A DNA stretch of 64,000 nucleotides from an uncultured Mycoplasmatota bacterium (GTDB lineage Bacteria > Bacillota_I > Bacilli_A > RF39 > UBA660), in NCBI GenBank assembly GCA_900551455.1, contig URVV01000005.1, forward strand, positions 2,153 through 66,152, written 5' to 3'. The notes under the pieces are model-generated. The model was not told where the DNA came from. It did no database searches and was given only the letters and a program-made list of their open reading frames with translations. The position numbers were made by a program, and so were the translations under genes. Every line of letters begins with the position of its first letter. Position 1 is the stretch's first letter. Positions 46,976 through 57,277 of the stretch are shown here, in pieces.

Positions 46976-48310
46976 CTATTTAATTAAATAATTAACTACC
47001 TCAATTAAATTCATACTATGAGAACCCTTTACTAAGATTGTATCTCCATCTTTAATAATTGTCTCAATCTTTTCTAACAACTCTTGATTATTATGAAAAT
47101 AATAACTATCAATATTCCTATCCTTAACGATATCATAAGTATATCTAGCAAGCTTTCCAACACAAATAACTACATCAATATTCTTATCTACACACTCCTT
47201 ACCAATACTTTTATGAATATCTGCTGAAAAATTATCCGTTTCCAGTATATCAGCAAATATAAAAACCTTTCTCCCATCCACCTTGCTAAGCATTGATAAA
47301 GCATTTTTAACCGAATCTAAACTAGCATTATACGTATCATCAATAATTGTAACATTATCTTTTCTTAACACCTCTAATCTATGAGGAGTTAATTTAAATT
47401 CCTTTAAAGCATCTACAATATCATCATCACTAACTCCAAGTTTTTTTCCTACTGCATAAGCCAATAAAGCATTATAAACATAAGCTCTACTACCAACAGG
47501 TATAGTTATATATCTATCATTAATATAAAATTCAGAACTAAATACTCCCTCTTTTAAATCGTGAACCATATAATCACTTTTTTTATCTATTCCAACTGTT
47601 ATTAAATTATCATACTTAACTGTTCTAAGCAAGTCATTATCATTATTAATAATTAAAGTTCCATCAACCATTCCATCCAATATTTCTAATTTTGCCTTAA
47701 GAATATTTTCTCTACTACCAAGATTTCCAATATGGGATGTTCCAATATTAGTAATAACCGCAACATTAGGCTTAGCAATATTAGATAAATCGTGCATTTC
47801 CTTAAAATGATTCATCCCCATTTCTAATACTAAACATTCCTCATCTTTAAGTTTAAGAATTGTTAAAGGAAGACCAATCTCATTATTAAAATTTCCTTCC
47901 GTCGCCAATACCTTATATTTTTTACTAAGGATTTTATAAATCATATCCTTAACCGAAGTTTTTCCTGTACTACCAGTAATTCCTACTACCGGAATATCAT
48001 ATAATTCCCTTTTATATTTAGCAATATCTTGCAAAGCTTTAACTGAATCACTAACCAACACCACCGTTTTGTCCCTAATATAATCTCGATCAATTACTTC
48101 TATATTATCTAAAACGCATACCTTAGCACCCTTTAAAAAAGCCTCCTTATAAAAAGAATTCCCATCAAAGTTTTCTCCTCTAATACCAAAGTAAACATCT
48201 CCATCATAACAATTTCTCGTATCCTTAGTAAAATTTATACAAACAATATTCTCATCCCCAGAGATAAGTTCTCCTTTACAAATATTTACAATATCCTTAA
48301 CATATATCAT
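46976..48310 (-). CDS. murF: UDP-N-acetylmuramoyl-tripeptide--D-alanyl-D-alanine ligase
   Basis: VVGITGSTGKTS and Mur ligase middle and C-terminal patterns (DDTYNAS). Start at MIYVKDI after GGAGGG. Confidence 0.92.
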   Translation of the reverse strand: MIYVKDIVNICKGELISGDENIVCINFTKDTRNCYDGDVYFGIRGENFDGNSFYKEAFLKGAKVCVLDNIEVIDRDYIRDKTVVLVSDSVKALQDIAKYKRELYDIPVVGITGSTGKTSVKDMIYKILSKKYKVLATEGNFNNEIGLPLTILKLKDEECLVLEMGMNHFKEMHDLSNIAKPNVAVITNIGTSHIGNLGSRENILKAKLEILDGMVDGTLIINNDNDLLRTVKYDNLITVGIDKKSDYMVHDLKEGVFSSEFYINDRYITIPVGSRAYVYNALLAYAVGKKLGVSDDDIVDALKEFKLTPHRLEVLRKDNVTIIDDTYNASLDSVKNALSMLSKVDGRKVFIFADILETDNFSADIHKSIGKECVDKNIDVVICVGKLARYTYDIVKDRNIDSYYFHNNQELLEKIETIIKDGDTILVKGSHSMNLIEVVNYLIK

Positions 48311-48402
48311 AACTATCCCTCCACCAAAATTATACCATACTTTAGCAAACATAAATATCTTGATAAAAAAAGTTTACAAATATTAATTGTAAACTACAAA
48401 TA

Positions 48403-48747
48403 TTATTGATTTAGTTTTCCTCTAGCATTATTTGTCATCACACACAACATATTAATAACAAAGTCTAGTTCTGAATTAGAAAGACAAGAACAATATTGAT
48501 TTACTTTCTTAATCTTATTTAATTTAGCCACTTCTCCCTCTTTACCATCAAGATTAACCCCGAGTAAAGAATCAATACTAACACTAAAAGTTTCAGCCAA
48601 CCTCGTCAATACTTCAGCGGTCGGTAAAGACTTATTAGTTTCAATTCTGGATAAGTAATTTCTATTAATTTTTAATATCTTAGACATTTCTTCTTGACTA
48701 ACATTATTGTTATATCTGATGTTTTTAATTTTACTTCCTAAATCCAT
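48403..48747 (-). CDS. XRE-family HTH transcriptional regulator
   Basis: LGSKIKNIRYNNNVSQEEMSKILKINRNYLSRIE. Confidence 0.85.
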   Translation of the reverse strand: MDLGSKIKNIRYNNNVSQEEMSKILKINRNYLSRIETNKSLPTAEVLTRLAETFSVSIDSLLGVNLDGKEGEVAKLNKIKKVNQYCSCLSNSELDFVINMLCVMTNNARGKLNQ

Positions 48748-48809
48748 GATTTACCTCCACTACAGTTAATTATAATAAAAGGAAAGATATAAATTAACTC
48801 ATTATCAAA

Positions 48810-48849
48810 ATATTACCATAATTGGTAGGAATATTACCAAATATTACCA
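48810..48849. promoter_or_regulatory. Operator-like cluster: ATATTACCA x3 plus an internal TACCA-TAAT-TGGTA palindrome
   Basis: Exact 9-mers at 48810, 48831 and 48841, in the divergent intergenic region between the XRE gene and the HD-domain gene. Confidence 0.55.
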
Positions 48850-48969
48850 ATAAAAAAGTAAAAACTATTATCTAAAAATATTGAAAAATATTAGTAATTG
48901 TTATATACTAATTATACATATAGAATTTTATCAATAACAAAATAGATATCCATATCAGAAAGGTAACAT

Positions 48970-49719
48970 ATGAAAAGTAGTAGATTATTAAGATATTTTG
49001 AAGAATATATAAAGAAAATAGATATGAACAACACCTGGTCTAAAGCCAAGTATTTTCATTCTCTAAAATCAATGGATTTAGCAAAAATAATAGCTAGTGA
49101 AATGAATATCTTTACTGAAGAAGAAATCGTTGTCATCGAACTAATTGCTTTATTTCACGATATCGGTAACTTTGAACAAAAAAACTATAATTATTTAGAT
49201 AATGTTGAACAAGATAGCACTATGAAATCAATTGAAATACTATTTGAAGATGGGTTAATTAGAAAAATAACTAATGAAACTAAGTATGACAATTTAATTA
49301 AATTAGGAATTTTTTGTCACAATAAAGATGGCCTTCCTAAAAACATAGATGATAAAACTATCTGTATATGTAATATTATGAAAGATGTCCACAAATTAGA
49401 AGAACTACGTATGGTTATAAATTATCCATATATTGATAACCGTATTGATACATATCCTAGTACTCTCGTATATAACGACTTCAAATTATTTAGACAAATA
49501 GAAAATAAAGTATCCGACAACAATGCCGATAACATCCTAATCGTATTATCTAATCTATTTGCCCTAAACTATAAATCAAGTTATTCAATTGTTCAAGAAA
49601 AAGAGTACATTGAAAAAATAACTAATTCTTTGATTTTTGAAGATAAAAAAATAGAAAAATTTTTTAAACAAATTGAATTAGTCTTAAAAAATTATATTAA
49701 AAAGAAAATAGAAAAATAA
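48970..49719 (+). CDS. HD-domain protein (paralogue 1)
   Basis: YFHSLKSM...IALFHDIGNFEQ (H..HD metal site). Same length and layout as 50011-50757. Confidence 0.75.
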   Translation: MKSSRLLRYFEEYIKKIDMNNTWSKAKYFHSLKSMDLAKIIASEMNIFTEEEIVVIELIALFHDIGNFEQKNYNYLDNVEQDSTMKSIEILFEDGLIRKITNETKYDNLIKLGIFCHNKDGLPKNIDDKTICICNIMKDVHKLEELRMVINYPYIDNRIDTYPSTLVYNDFKLFRQIENKVSDNNADNILIVLSNLFALNYKSSYSIVQEKEYIEKITNSLIFEDKKIEKFFKQIELVLKNYIKKKIEK

Positions 49720-49722
49720 AAG

Positions 49723-49750
49723 TTGCAAAATAAAAATAATATGATATAAT
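49723..49750 (+). promoter_or_regulatory. Promoter of the T-box leader
   Basis: TTGCAA, 16 nt, then TGaTATAAT. Confidence 0.6.
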
Positions 49751-49761
49751 ATTGAATACAT

Positions 49762-49982
49762 ATTTAAAAACCGCGATCAAGAGGAGTAAGATAACATAAA
49801 TTTAAAGAGAATTAGTGTTTGGTGTAAACTAATAATTTATTTATCCGAAGGTAGCTTGTGAGTTTTATATCTGAATTTAAGTAAGATATAACGGACACCC
49901 GTTAAAGTAATAAGTGATAGACAAGTCTATAAGAAAGGTGGTACCACGAGTAATTCGCCCTTTCATTATAGACTTTTTTTTA
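49762..49982 (+). promoter_or_regulatory. T-box riboswitch leader (probable Val specifier GUA at 49851-49853)
   Basis: Stem I start CGCGATCAAGAGGAGTAAG, AG-bulge AAAGAGAA, distal loop GGTGTAAAC, specifier region CCGAAGGTAGCTTG, T-box sequence AAAGGTGGTACCACGAG, and terminator AGTCTATAAGAAAGG...CCTTTCATTATAGACT followed by a T-run. Confidence 0.85.
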
Positions 49983-50010
49983 AAAGAACATAAAGATAAA
50001 AGGTGATAAT

Positions 50011-50757
50011 ATGGATATTAATGCATTAAAAGAACAATTTACCAAATACGTATATACCTATGATATTCTAGATGAAGAAATAGCTAAAAAATACTATCAC
50101 TCATTAAGAGTAATGGATATCTCAAGACAAATTGCCCTAGATAATAAATTATCCAGTATAGATATTGAATTAGCCTCCATCATCGGATTACTCCACGATT
50201 ACTCTAGATTTGAACAGTGGGATAAATTTCATACATATAATGATACTCTATCAATAGATCACGGAGACTTAGCAATTTTAAGACTTTTTAAGGAATATGA
50301 AATAAAAAAATACTACTCAAAAGAAATTTACTACGATATAATTTATGATGCTATAAAATACCATAATAAATATACCTATCCCAAAGACTTAAAAAAGTCA
50401 AACGACCTCCATTGCAAGATAATTAGAGATGCTGACAAACTAGATATCCTTCAAATGGGTATTTCTACCGCTTCCTTAAAAGATGAAGAATGCTCCATCA
50501 GTCAAACAGTATCTAAATTATTTTTTGAAAATAAACCCATAGATTATCATTATACGACAAACAAAAACGAAACAATAATCTTATACTTAGCTATGATTTT
50601 TGATCTAAATTACACATATTCATACAGATATTTAAAAGACCATCAAATCATAGAAAAAATATATGCCCCCATTAAAAACAAATCAAAATTTAAAAAATAT
50701 TTTGATCATATAAACAAATATGTTGATGAAAGGATTGATGAAAATGTTAGAAACTAA
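50011..50757 (+). CDS. HD-domain protein (paralogue 2), first gene of the T-box/valS operon
   Basis: YYHSLRVM...IGLLHDYSRFEQW and RDADKLD. Confidence 0.75.
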   Translation: MDINALKEQFTKYVYTYDILDEEIAKKYYHSLRVMDISRQIALDNKLSSIDIELASIIGLLHDYSRFEQWDKFHTYNDTLSIDHGDLAILRLFKEYEIKKYYSKEIYYDIIYDAIKYHNKYTYPKDLKKSNDLHCKIIRDADKLDILQMGISTASLKDEECSISQTVSKLFFENKPIDYHYTTNKNETIILYLAMIFDLNYTYSYRYLKDHQIIEKIYAPIKNKSKFKKYFDHINKYVDERIDENVRN

Positions 50758-53275
50758 ATACAATCACGAATTAGTAGAAAATGGAAAATATGAAAAATGG
50801 AAAAACAAAGAATATTTTAAATGTGATGAAAAATCAAATAAACCACCTTTTTGTATTGTTTTACCACCACCAAATGTAACTGGAGTTCTTCACTTAGGAC
50901 ACGCCTTAGATGTAACCTTACAAGACATCATTATTCGTTACAAAAAAATGGAAGGGTATGATACCTTATGGCTACCAGGAATGGATCACGCAGCTATCGC
51001 TACCGAAGCCAAAGTTGTTAAACGTCTAAAAGATGCCGGAATTAACAAGTACACTTATGGTAGAGATAATTTTTTAAAATCCTGCTGGGATTGGACCAAT
51101 GAACATGCTAATATAATTCGTGAACAATGGGCCAAATTAGGCATATCTCTAGATTACTCTAAAGAAAGATTTACCCTAGATGAAGGAATGTCCGAAGCCG
51201 TAAAAAAAGTTTTTGTTGATTACTATAACCAAGGGTTAATTTATCGTGGTGAAAAAATAATCAACTGGGATCCAGTGGCTATGACTGCCTTAAGTAATGA
51301 AGAAGTAATTTATAGTGAAGAAAAAAGCGCTTTTTATCACATAAAATATTTTCTAGAAGACCAAAAAAACTTCCTAGATGTTGCTACCACAAGACCAGAA
51401 ACTCTTTTTGGAGATGTTGCCGTAGCAGTTAATCCAGAAGATGATAGATATAAAGATTTAATTGGAAAAAAAGTTCTTCTTCCAATTGTAAACAAACTAA
51501 TTCCTATTATTGGAGATGAACATGCCGATATAACTAAAGGTAGTGGTTGCGTTAAAATTACCCCAGCTCACGATCCTAATGACTTTGAAGTAGGTAATAG
51601 ACATAATTTAGAAATGATTGTTATTATGAATGATGATGCTACCCTAAATGACAACGTTCCATTAAAGTATCGTAAAATGAGTAGAGAAACAGCTAGAACC
51701 GCGGTTGTTGAAGACTTAAAAAAAGAAGGTCTACTTATAGAAATTGAACCATTAACCCACGAAGTAGGGCATAGTGAAAGAACTGGCGTTATGGTAGAAC
51801 CAATGTTAAAAAAACAATGGTTTGTAAAAATGCGCCCTCTTGCCGACAAAGTATTAGAAACTCAGCAAAAAAAAGATGAGAAAGTTAACTTTATTCCTCC
51901 TAGATATGAAAAGACTATGAATCACTGGATGGAAATTACATACGATTGGTGTATATCTAGACAATTATGGTGGGGTCACCGCATCCCAGCTTGGTATAAA
52001 GATGATAAAGTATATGTAGGATTAACTCCGCCAAAAGAATCCGGTTGGATTCAAGATGAAGATGTTCTTGATACTTGGTTTTCATCAGCCCTATGGCCAT
52101 TTGCCACTCTCGGATGGCCTCAAAACAGTGATCTTCTAAAAAGATATTATCCTAATTCCTGCCTTGTAACTGGATACGACATTATTCCTTTTTGGGTTAA
52201 TCGTATGACTTTCCAAGGAGAAAAAATACTAGGAAAAAGACCATTTAATGATTGCCTCATCCACGGCTTAATCCGTGACAAACAAGGTCGAAAATTTAGT
52301 AAAAGTCTAGGTAATGGAATAGATCCTTTTGATATGATCAATCTCTATGGAGCAGACGCCCTAAGATACTACTTAGCAACCGATGTTGCTCCGGGAACAG
52401 ATATGCGTTTTGATGAAGATAAAATAAAATCCACCTGGAATTATATCAATAAAATATGGAATGCCGCTAGATTTGTTTTATCAAACATTGAAGACCTTCA
52501 AGAAATAAAATTAGAAGAACTAAATAATGAAGACAAATGGATTTTAACTAAATACCAAAAATGCCTTCATACTGTAAAGAAGTTTATGGATAAATATGAA
52601 TTTAACAACGCTGGTGCAACCATATATGATTTCGTATGGAGTAGCTTCTGTGATAACTATATAGAAATGTCTAAATATTCCTTACCATCTATCTCAACAA
52701 AATCAACTCTATGTTATATTCTAACAGGAATACTAAAATTACTACAACCATTTATGCCATTCGTCACCGCCGAGATCTATTCTATGTTACCAACAAAAGA
52801 AAAAGAAGATTTAATGATTTGTGATTATCCTAAATACAATAAAGATTATATCTTTCTTGAAGAAGAAAAACTCGTAGATGATCAAGTATTATTCATAAAA
52901 AACTTTAGAAATACAAAAGTTGAAAATAACATAACAAAAGATATGAAAGTAATGTTTGATAACAATGAAGACATCACTCTTATTGTTAATATGTTAAAAA
53001 TAAATGATAATCTAATAAAAGAGCCATTAACTATAAAATCATATAAAGTTCTATCAAATAATTATAAAGCTACTATCTTTTTTGAAAAAATAGAAACCCC
53101 TGAAGATAAAAATATCAAAGAAAAACAAATTAATACTTTAAAAGAATCAATTGCCCGAAGAGAAAAATTACTTTCTAATATAAATTATGTTTCCAAAGCT
53201 CCAGAGAATATTGTAAACGCTGATAGAAAAAAATTAGCCGAAGAGAAAAAAATATTAGAAGAACTACTAAAATAA
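50744..53275 (+). CDS. valS: Valine--tRNA ligase
   Basis: PPPNVTGVLHLGHAL (HIGH), KFSKSLGN (KMSKS) and a C-terminal coiled coil. Start at MLETKYNH, overlapping the HD gene by 14 nt. Confidence 0.95.
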   Translation: MLETKYNHELVENGKYEKWKNKEYFKCDEKSNKPPFCIVLPPPNVTGVLHLGHALDVTLQDIIIRYKKMEGYDTLWLPGMDHAAIATEAKVVKRLKDAGINKYTYGRDNFLKSCWDWTNEHANIIREQWAKLGISLDYSKERFTLDEGMSEAVKKVFVDYYNQGLIYRGEKIINWDPVAMTALSNEEVIYSEEKSAFYHIKYFLEDQKNFLDVATTRPETLFGDVAVAVNPEDDRYKDLIGKKVLLPIVNKLIPIIGDEHADITKGSGCVKITPAHDPNDFEVGNRHNLEMIVIMNDDATLNDNVPLKYRKMSRETARTAVVEDLKKEGLLIEIEPLTHEVGHSERTGVMVEPMLKKQWFVKMRPLADKVLETQQKKDEKVNFIPPRYEKTMNHWMEITYDWCISRQLWWGHRIPAWYKDDKVYVGLTPPKESGWIQDEDVLDTWFSSALWPFATLGWPQNSDLLKRYYPNSCLVTGYDIIPFWVNRMTFQGEKILGKRPFNDCLIHGLIRDKQGRKFSKSLGNGIDPFDMINLYGADALRYYLATDVAPGTDMRFDEDKIKSTWNYINKIWNAARFVLSNIEDLQEIKLEELNNEDKWILTKYQKCLHTVKKFMDKYEFNNAGATIYDFVWSSFCDNYIEMSKYSLPSISTKSTLCYILTGILKLLQPFMPFVTAEIYSMLPTKEKEDLMICDYPKYNKDYIFLEEEKLVDDQVLFIKNFRNTKVENNITKDMKVMFDNNEDITLIVNMLKINDNLIKEPLTIKSYKVLSNNYKATIFFEKIETPEDKNIKEKQINTLKESIARREKLLSNINYVSKAPENIVNADRKKLAEEKKILEELLK

Positions 53276-53386
53276 ATAAAAATAGCTATAGCAGATAATA
53301 TATATTCCTTATTTAGAATATACCATATCTGCTATTTTCTAATACATAAATATTATTAATTTGAAAATAATATAAGTGGTGAAAAT

Positions 53387-54061
53387 ATGAAAGACATAAT
53401 AACCGTAATTACCAGAACCATTCTTGTTTTAATAATACTTTTCTTCCTCTTTAAACTAATGGGAAAAAAACAAGTATCTCAAATGAATATGTTTGACTAT
53501 ATTACCGGCATCACTTTAGGATCTATTGTCGCCGATATCTCTCTTGATATAGAAAAAAATCTTTTAGCAGGCATTATCTGCATTCTCATTTATGTTATTA
53601 CCTCCATTGTCATTTCCTCCCTAAGTTTAAAAGGTTATACCTTAAGAAATATTTTAAATGGCAAAGAAGAACTCCTCATCCAAGATGGTAAAATTAATCG
53701 TGAAAGCCTTCGCAAAAACAAAATAACAATCAATATCTTAGAAACCGAAGCCAGACTAATGGGGTACTTTAATTTAGATGAAATAAATACTGCTATCCTA
53801 GAACCAAATGGCAAAATAAGTTTTGAACAAAAAGAAAAAGAAAAACCTGCTACTAAAAAAGATCTCGGATTAAATCCCCAAAATAAAGGCCTCGTATATA
53901 ATATAATTATTGATAGTGAATTAATAAAAGAAAACTTAAAAAATGCCAATATTACTGAAAAATGGCTTAATCACGAATTAAAAATTTTAGGTAAAAAAAG
54001 AGAAAACATTCTTCTCTTAACAATTGATTCCAATAAACAAATAAAAATATATTCTAAATAA
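53387..54061 (+). CDS. DUF421/YetF-family membrane protein
   Basis: GKKQVSQMNMFDYITGITLGSIVA and a C-terminal DUF421-like region. Confidence 0.75.
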   Translation: MKDIITVITRTILVLIILFFLFKLMGKKQVSQMNMFDYITGITLGSIVADISLDIEKNLLAGIICILIYVITSIVISSLSLKGYTLRNILNGKEELLIQDGKINRESLRKNKITINILETEARLMGYFNLDEINTAILEPNGKISFEQKEKEKPATKKDLGLNPQNKGLVYNIIIDSELIKENLKNANITEKWLNHELKILGKKRENILLLTIDSNKQIKIYSK

Positions 54062-54102
54062 GTTAAAAGATATCATTTAATCCCCAAATGATATCTTTTA
54101 AC
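54062..54102. terminator. Bidirectional terminator
   Basis: 17-bp perfect stem GTTAAAAGATATCATTT / AAATGATATCTTTTAAC. Confidence 0.85.
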
Positions 54103-54108
54103 ATATAA

Positions 54109-56244
54109 CTAAATATTATCCCTTAACACATTAATCCCCATCTTATAGTATTCATCCTTATAATTATCCCTTTTTCTATAATTATATATATACATTAAAT
54201 CATTCTTTGTTCTAACTCTATATAGATTACCAAAACTATCTCTTAACTTAATATTATCATTATTATAATACTTATTCAAACTAAATTTAGAAATCATTAC
54301 TTCTTCATATCCTGAAACAATTAACTCTACATTTGGCCTTACCCCATATCTTCCAACATAGTTATTAAGTATTTCCTTTATCTGAATATCATTAAGTTCA
54401 TAGGATAAACATACTCTCTTAGCTCCCAAAGAATGTAAGAAAGCAAGTGTATAAGAATTAGTAACATTTAAAGAAAAATCTGTATCAACATTTTTAAGCT
54501 TATTAAAAGCTCCAATTTCAGATACCATTACTTCTTTATCATAATCTTCATACTTATCAATTACTCTAGGTAATTTAATGATAGTTCCAGGATATGCATC
54601 CTCTGAATACACAATATCATATTTACCAATTACCTTATCATATAAACTATTCTCAGTAATTAAACAACTACGCAATCTCTCTTGCTTATAATCACTAACC
54701 ATAATTTCATATTTCTTCCTCTTAAATTCAATCTTATAGAGTCTCGCTTCATTTAACAAACGTATCCCTTCCTGTCTAAGATTATTAATTTCTTTTAAAG
54801 GAATAAAGATATTAGCATCCATCTGAACACTAAGATTCTTATAACTATAAACAGAATCCCCCAACTTATTTAACTTAACTATCACTTCATCCTTTAAAGT
54901 AGCAGTTTTTCTAGCACCATCACAAATAGCTCCTTCTACCTTAACAAAATGTCTCCCATCACTTATTGTTAAAGAGACTTTCTCCCCGAGTTTTGCAACA
55001 AAACTACCATCTATTAAAACTTTCCTAGAGTTTAATTTTATCTTTCCATCAATTTCTGTACAAATTTCCTTATCTAAAGTAATCACAACTCTATCATTTG
55101 CCTTAACTTTTCCTAATACTTTAATTTCAATTATTTGCCCAGCTTTAGCAGACTTTACTAATTTATTATTAACATAAAAATCATTAACAATAATTCCCAC
55201 ATCGTGATCTTCACCAATTACTCTAAGCCCACTCCCTATACTTATATTTCCTGTTAACTTAATAAAAGCTTTTCCCTTTTCATATTTAGTAACAGTCCCT
55301 ATATCAACTCCCATATGATTAGGTCTATAACCATTAATTATATCATTATTAAAAGTATTAAATAAAAATCCCTTCGTATAATTTCTATTAAATATTTTTT
55401 TAAGTTTTAATAAATCATCTTCATCAAAAGAAACTTTTCCCTTATTATAATAACTATCTATTGCCTGTCTATATAAACTAACAACCATATAAACATATTC
55501 CTTAGACTTCATTCTTCCTTCAATTTTTAAACTACGTACTCCAATATCAATCAATTGACCAACCCCTGAAATACCATTTAAATCCTTCGTACTAAGTGGA
55601 TATGCTCCCGTATTAATTTTTCTAGAAGAACTATCAATAACATCATATTTAAGTCTACAACTACCAGCACAAGTCCCTCTATTTCCACTTCTTCCCCCAA
55701 TAAGACTACTCATAAGACATTGACCAGAGTAACTAATACATAAAGCCCCGTGAATAAATATTTCTAATTCCACATTACTATTATTTTTAATCTCTTTAAT
55801 CTTATCAATACTAGTCTCTCTAGCTAAAACAACCCTCTTAACTCCAAGTTTTTCCATTAACTGCACACCATCCAAATTATGAATATGCATTTGTGTTGAA
55901 GCGTGAATCTCTAAATTAGGAAAAGTTTTTCTAACTAAATCAAACATTCCCAAATCTTGAATAATAACTGCATCAACATTATTCTTATGCAAAAACTCCA
56001 CATAACTTAAAAAAGTTTCTACCTCATCCTCATATATCAAAGTATTAACTGTTACATAAATTTTAACTCCATATAGATGAGCATATTCAATCGCTGCAAC
56101 TAATTCTTCATCACTAAAATTTAAAGAAAAAGCTCTTGCCCCAAAAAGATTTCCTCCCAAATACACTGCATCACATCCAGCTTGGATTGCTGCTATTAAA
56201 CACTCCATATTACCAGCCGGAGCCAATAATTCAATTTTTTCCAT
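54109..56244 (-). CDS. Peptidase U32 family protein, long form
   Basis: IELLAPAGNMECLIAAIQAGCDAVYLGG...IQDLG...ARE, and a cysteine cluster (GALCISYSGQC...RGTCAGSC). Confidence 0.88.
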   Translation of the reverse strand: MEKIELLAPAGNMECLIAAIQAGCDAVYLGGNLFGARAFSLNFSDEELVAAIEYAHLYGVKIYVTVNTLIYEDEVETFLSYVEFLHKNNVDAVIIQDLGMFDLVRKTFPNLEIHASTQMHIHNLDGVQLMEKLGVKRVVLARETSIDKIKEIKNNSNVELEIFIHGALCISYSGQCLMSSLIGGRSGNRGTCAGSCRLKYDVIDSSSRKINTGAYPLSTKDLNGISGVGQLIDIGVRSLKIEGRMKSKEYVYMVVSLYRQAIDSYYNKGKVSFDEDDLLKLKKIFNRNYTKGFLFNTFNNDIINGYRPNHMGVDIGTVTKYEKGKAFIKLTGNISIGSGLRVIGEDHDVGIIVNDFYVNNKLVKSAKAGQIIEIKVLGKVKANDRVVITLDKEICTEIDGKIKLNSRKVLIDGSFVAKLGEKVSLTISDGRHFVKVEGAICDGARKTATLKDEVIVKLNKLGDSVYSYKNLSVQMDANIFIPLKEINNLRQEGIRLLNEARLYKIEFKRKKYEIMVSDYKQERLRSCLITENSLYDKVIGKYDIVYSEDAYPGTIIKLPRVIDKYEDYDKEVMVSEIGAFNKLKNVDTDFSLNVTNSYTLAFLHSLGAKRVCLSYELNDIQIKEILNNYVGRYGVRPNVELIVSGYEEVMISKFSLNKYYNNDNIKLRDSFGNLYRVRTKNDLMYIYNYRKRDNYKDEYYKMGINVLRDNI

Positions 56245-56369
56245 AATATCACCAAATTTCTAACTAATTCTATCACAATATCTATAAAAATAAAAGGCCT
56301 CTCATCTACATAAATTTAATATAAATATAAAAACAAGTCTTTAATTATAAATAATTCATATACTTAAGT

Positions 56370-57038
56370 ATGAATAAAGAAAAAATAATAATATTTTTAT
56401 GTTTACTAATTACCATCTTTTCTATCTCTAAAGCCTATGCTAATATAGAGACTAACACTCTAGAAGGAAAAACCATTTATCTAGATCCAGGACATGGTGG
56501 TATTGATAGCGGTACAACTTATAAAAAAATTTTAGAAAAAGATATTAACCTAGTTATCTGTCAAAAACTAAAAACAGCCTTAACCAATGAAGGTGCTACC
56601 GTTTATTTAACACGTGAAAAAGATACGGATTTATCAGTAAAAAATAAACATCGTAAAAGAAGTGATCTCATTAGTAGGGCATACTTAATTAATAAAACGA
56701 AACCAGATTTATACATTTCAATTCATCAAAATTATATTGCCAACACCAAATGGAAAGGAACACAAATATTTTATACTACCAGAAATAAAAACAATAAAGA
56801 TATAGCCGAAAAACTAACTAAATATCTAAAAGAAAAAAGTTACAGTGTAAGACCACCCAAGCAAAACAATACCTACTATATGTATCGTAATATAGATCCT
56901 CCTGGAGTATTAATTGAAGTAGGATTCTTATCAAATCCTGATGATAGATATCGCTTAACTCACGAAAAATATCAAGATATAATTGTTGATAATCTTCTTT
57001 ATAGCATTAAAAAATATTTTGCTACCAAAAATACCTAA
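56370..57038 (+). CDS. cwlD: N-acetylmuramoyl-L-alanine amidase (Amidase_3), CwlD-like
   Basis: N-terminal TM segment, IYLDPGHGGIDSGT, EKDINL and DLYISIHQN. No obvious SD sequence. Confidence 0.7.
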   Translation: MNKEKIIIFLCLLITIFSISKAYANIETNTLEGKTIYLDPGHGGIDSGTTYKKILEKDINLVICQKLKTALTNEGATVYLTREKDTDLSVKNKHRKRSDLISRAYLINKTKPDLYISIHQNYIANTKWKGTQIFYTTRNKNNKDIAEKLTKYLKEKSYSVRPPKQNNTYYMYRNIDPPGVLIEVGFLSNPDDRYRLTHEKYQDIIVDNLLYSIKKYFATKNT

Positions 57039-57277
57039 AACTAAGAAAGCACCACTACTAACTAAAAGAAATTAATGATAGAATATATCAATAAAAAGAT
57101 AAATCATAATTATAAAAAAATAAACCCAAAATTAAAAATAATATCCATAACAAATATACTCCTCTAAATTTAACTTATCATCTTTAAAAAGCCAAATAAA
57201 TAGCTCAATTGTAAACTTAAATTCCATTGTATGGTGGAAGTTACTTTTACAAGTGAGGAGCCAAATAAATATCTTTA

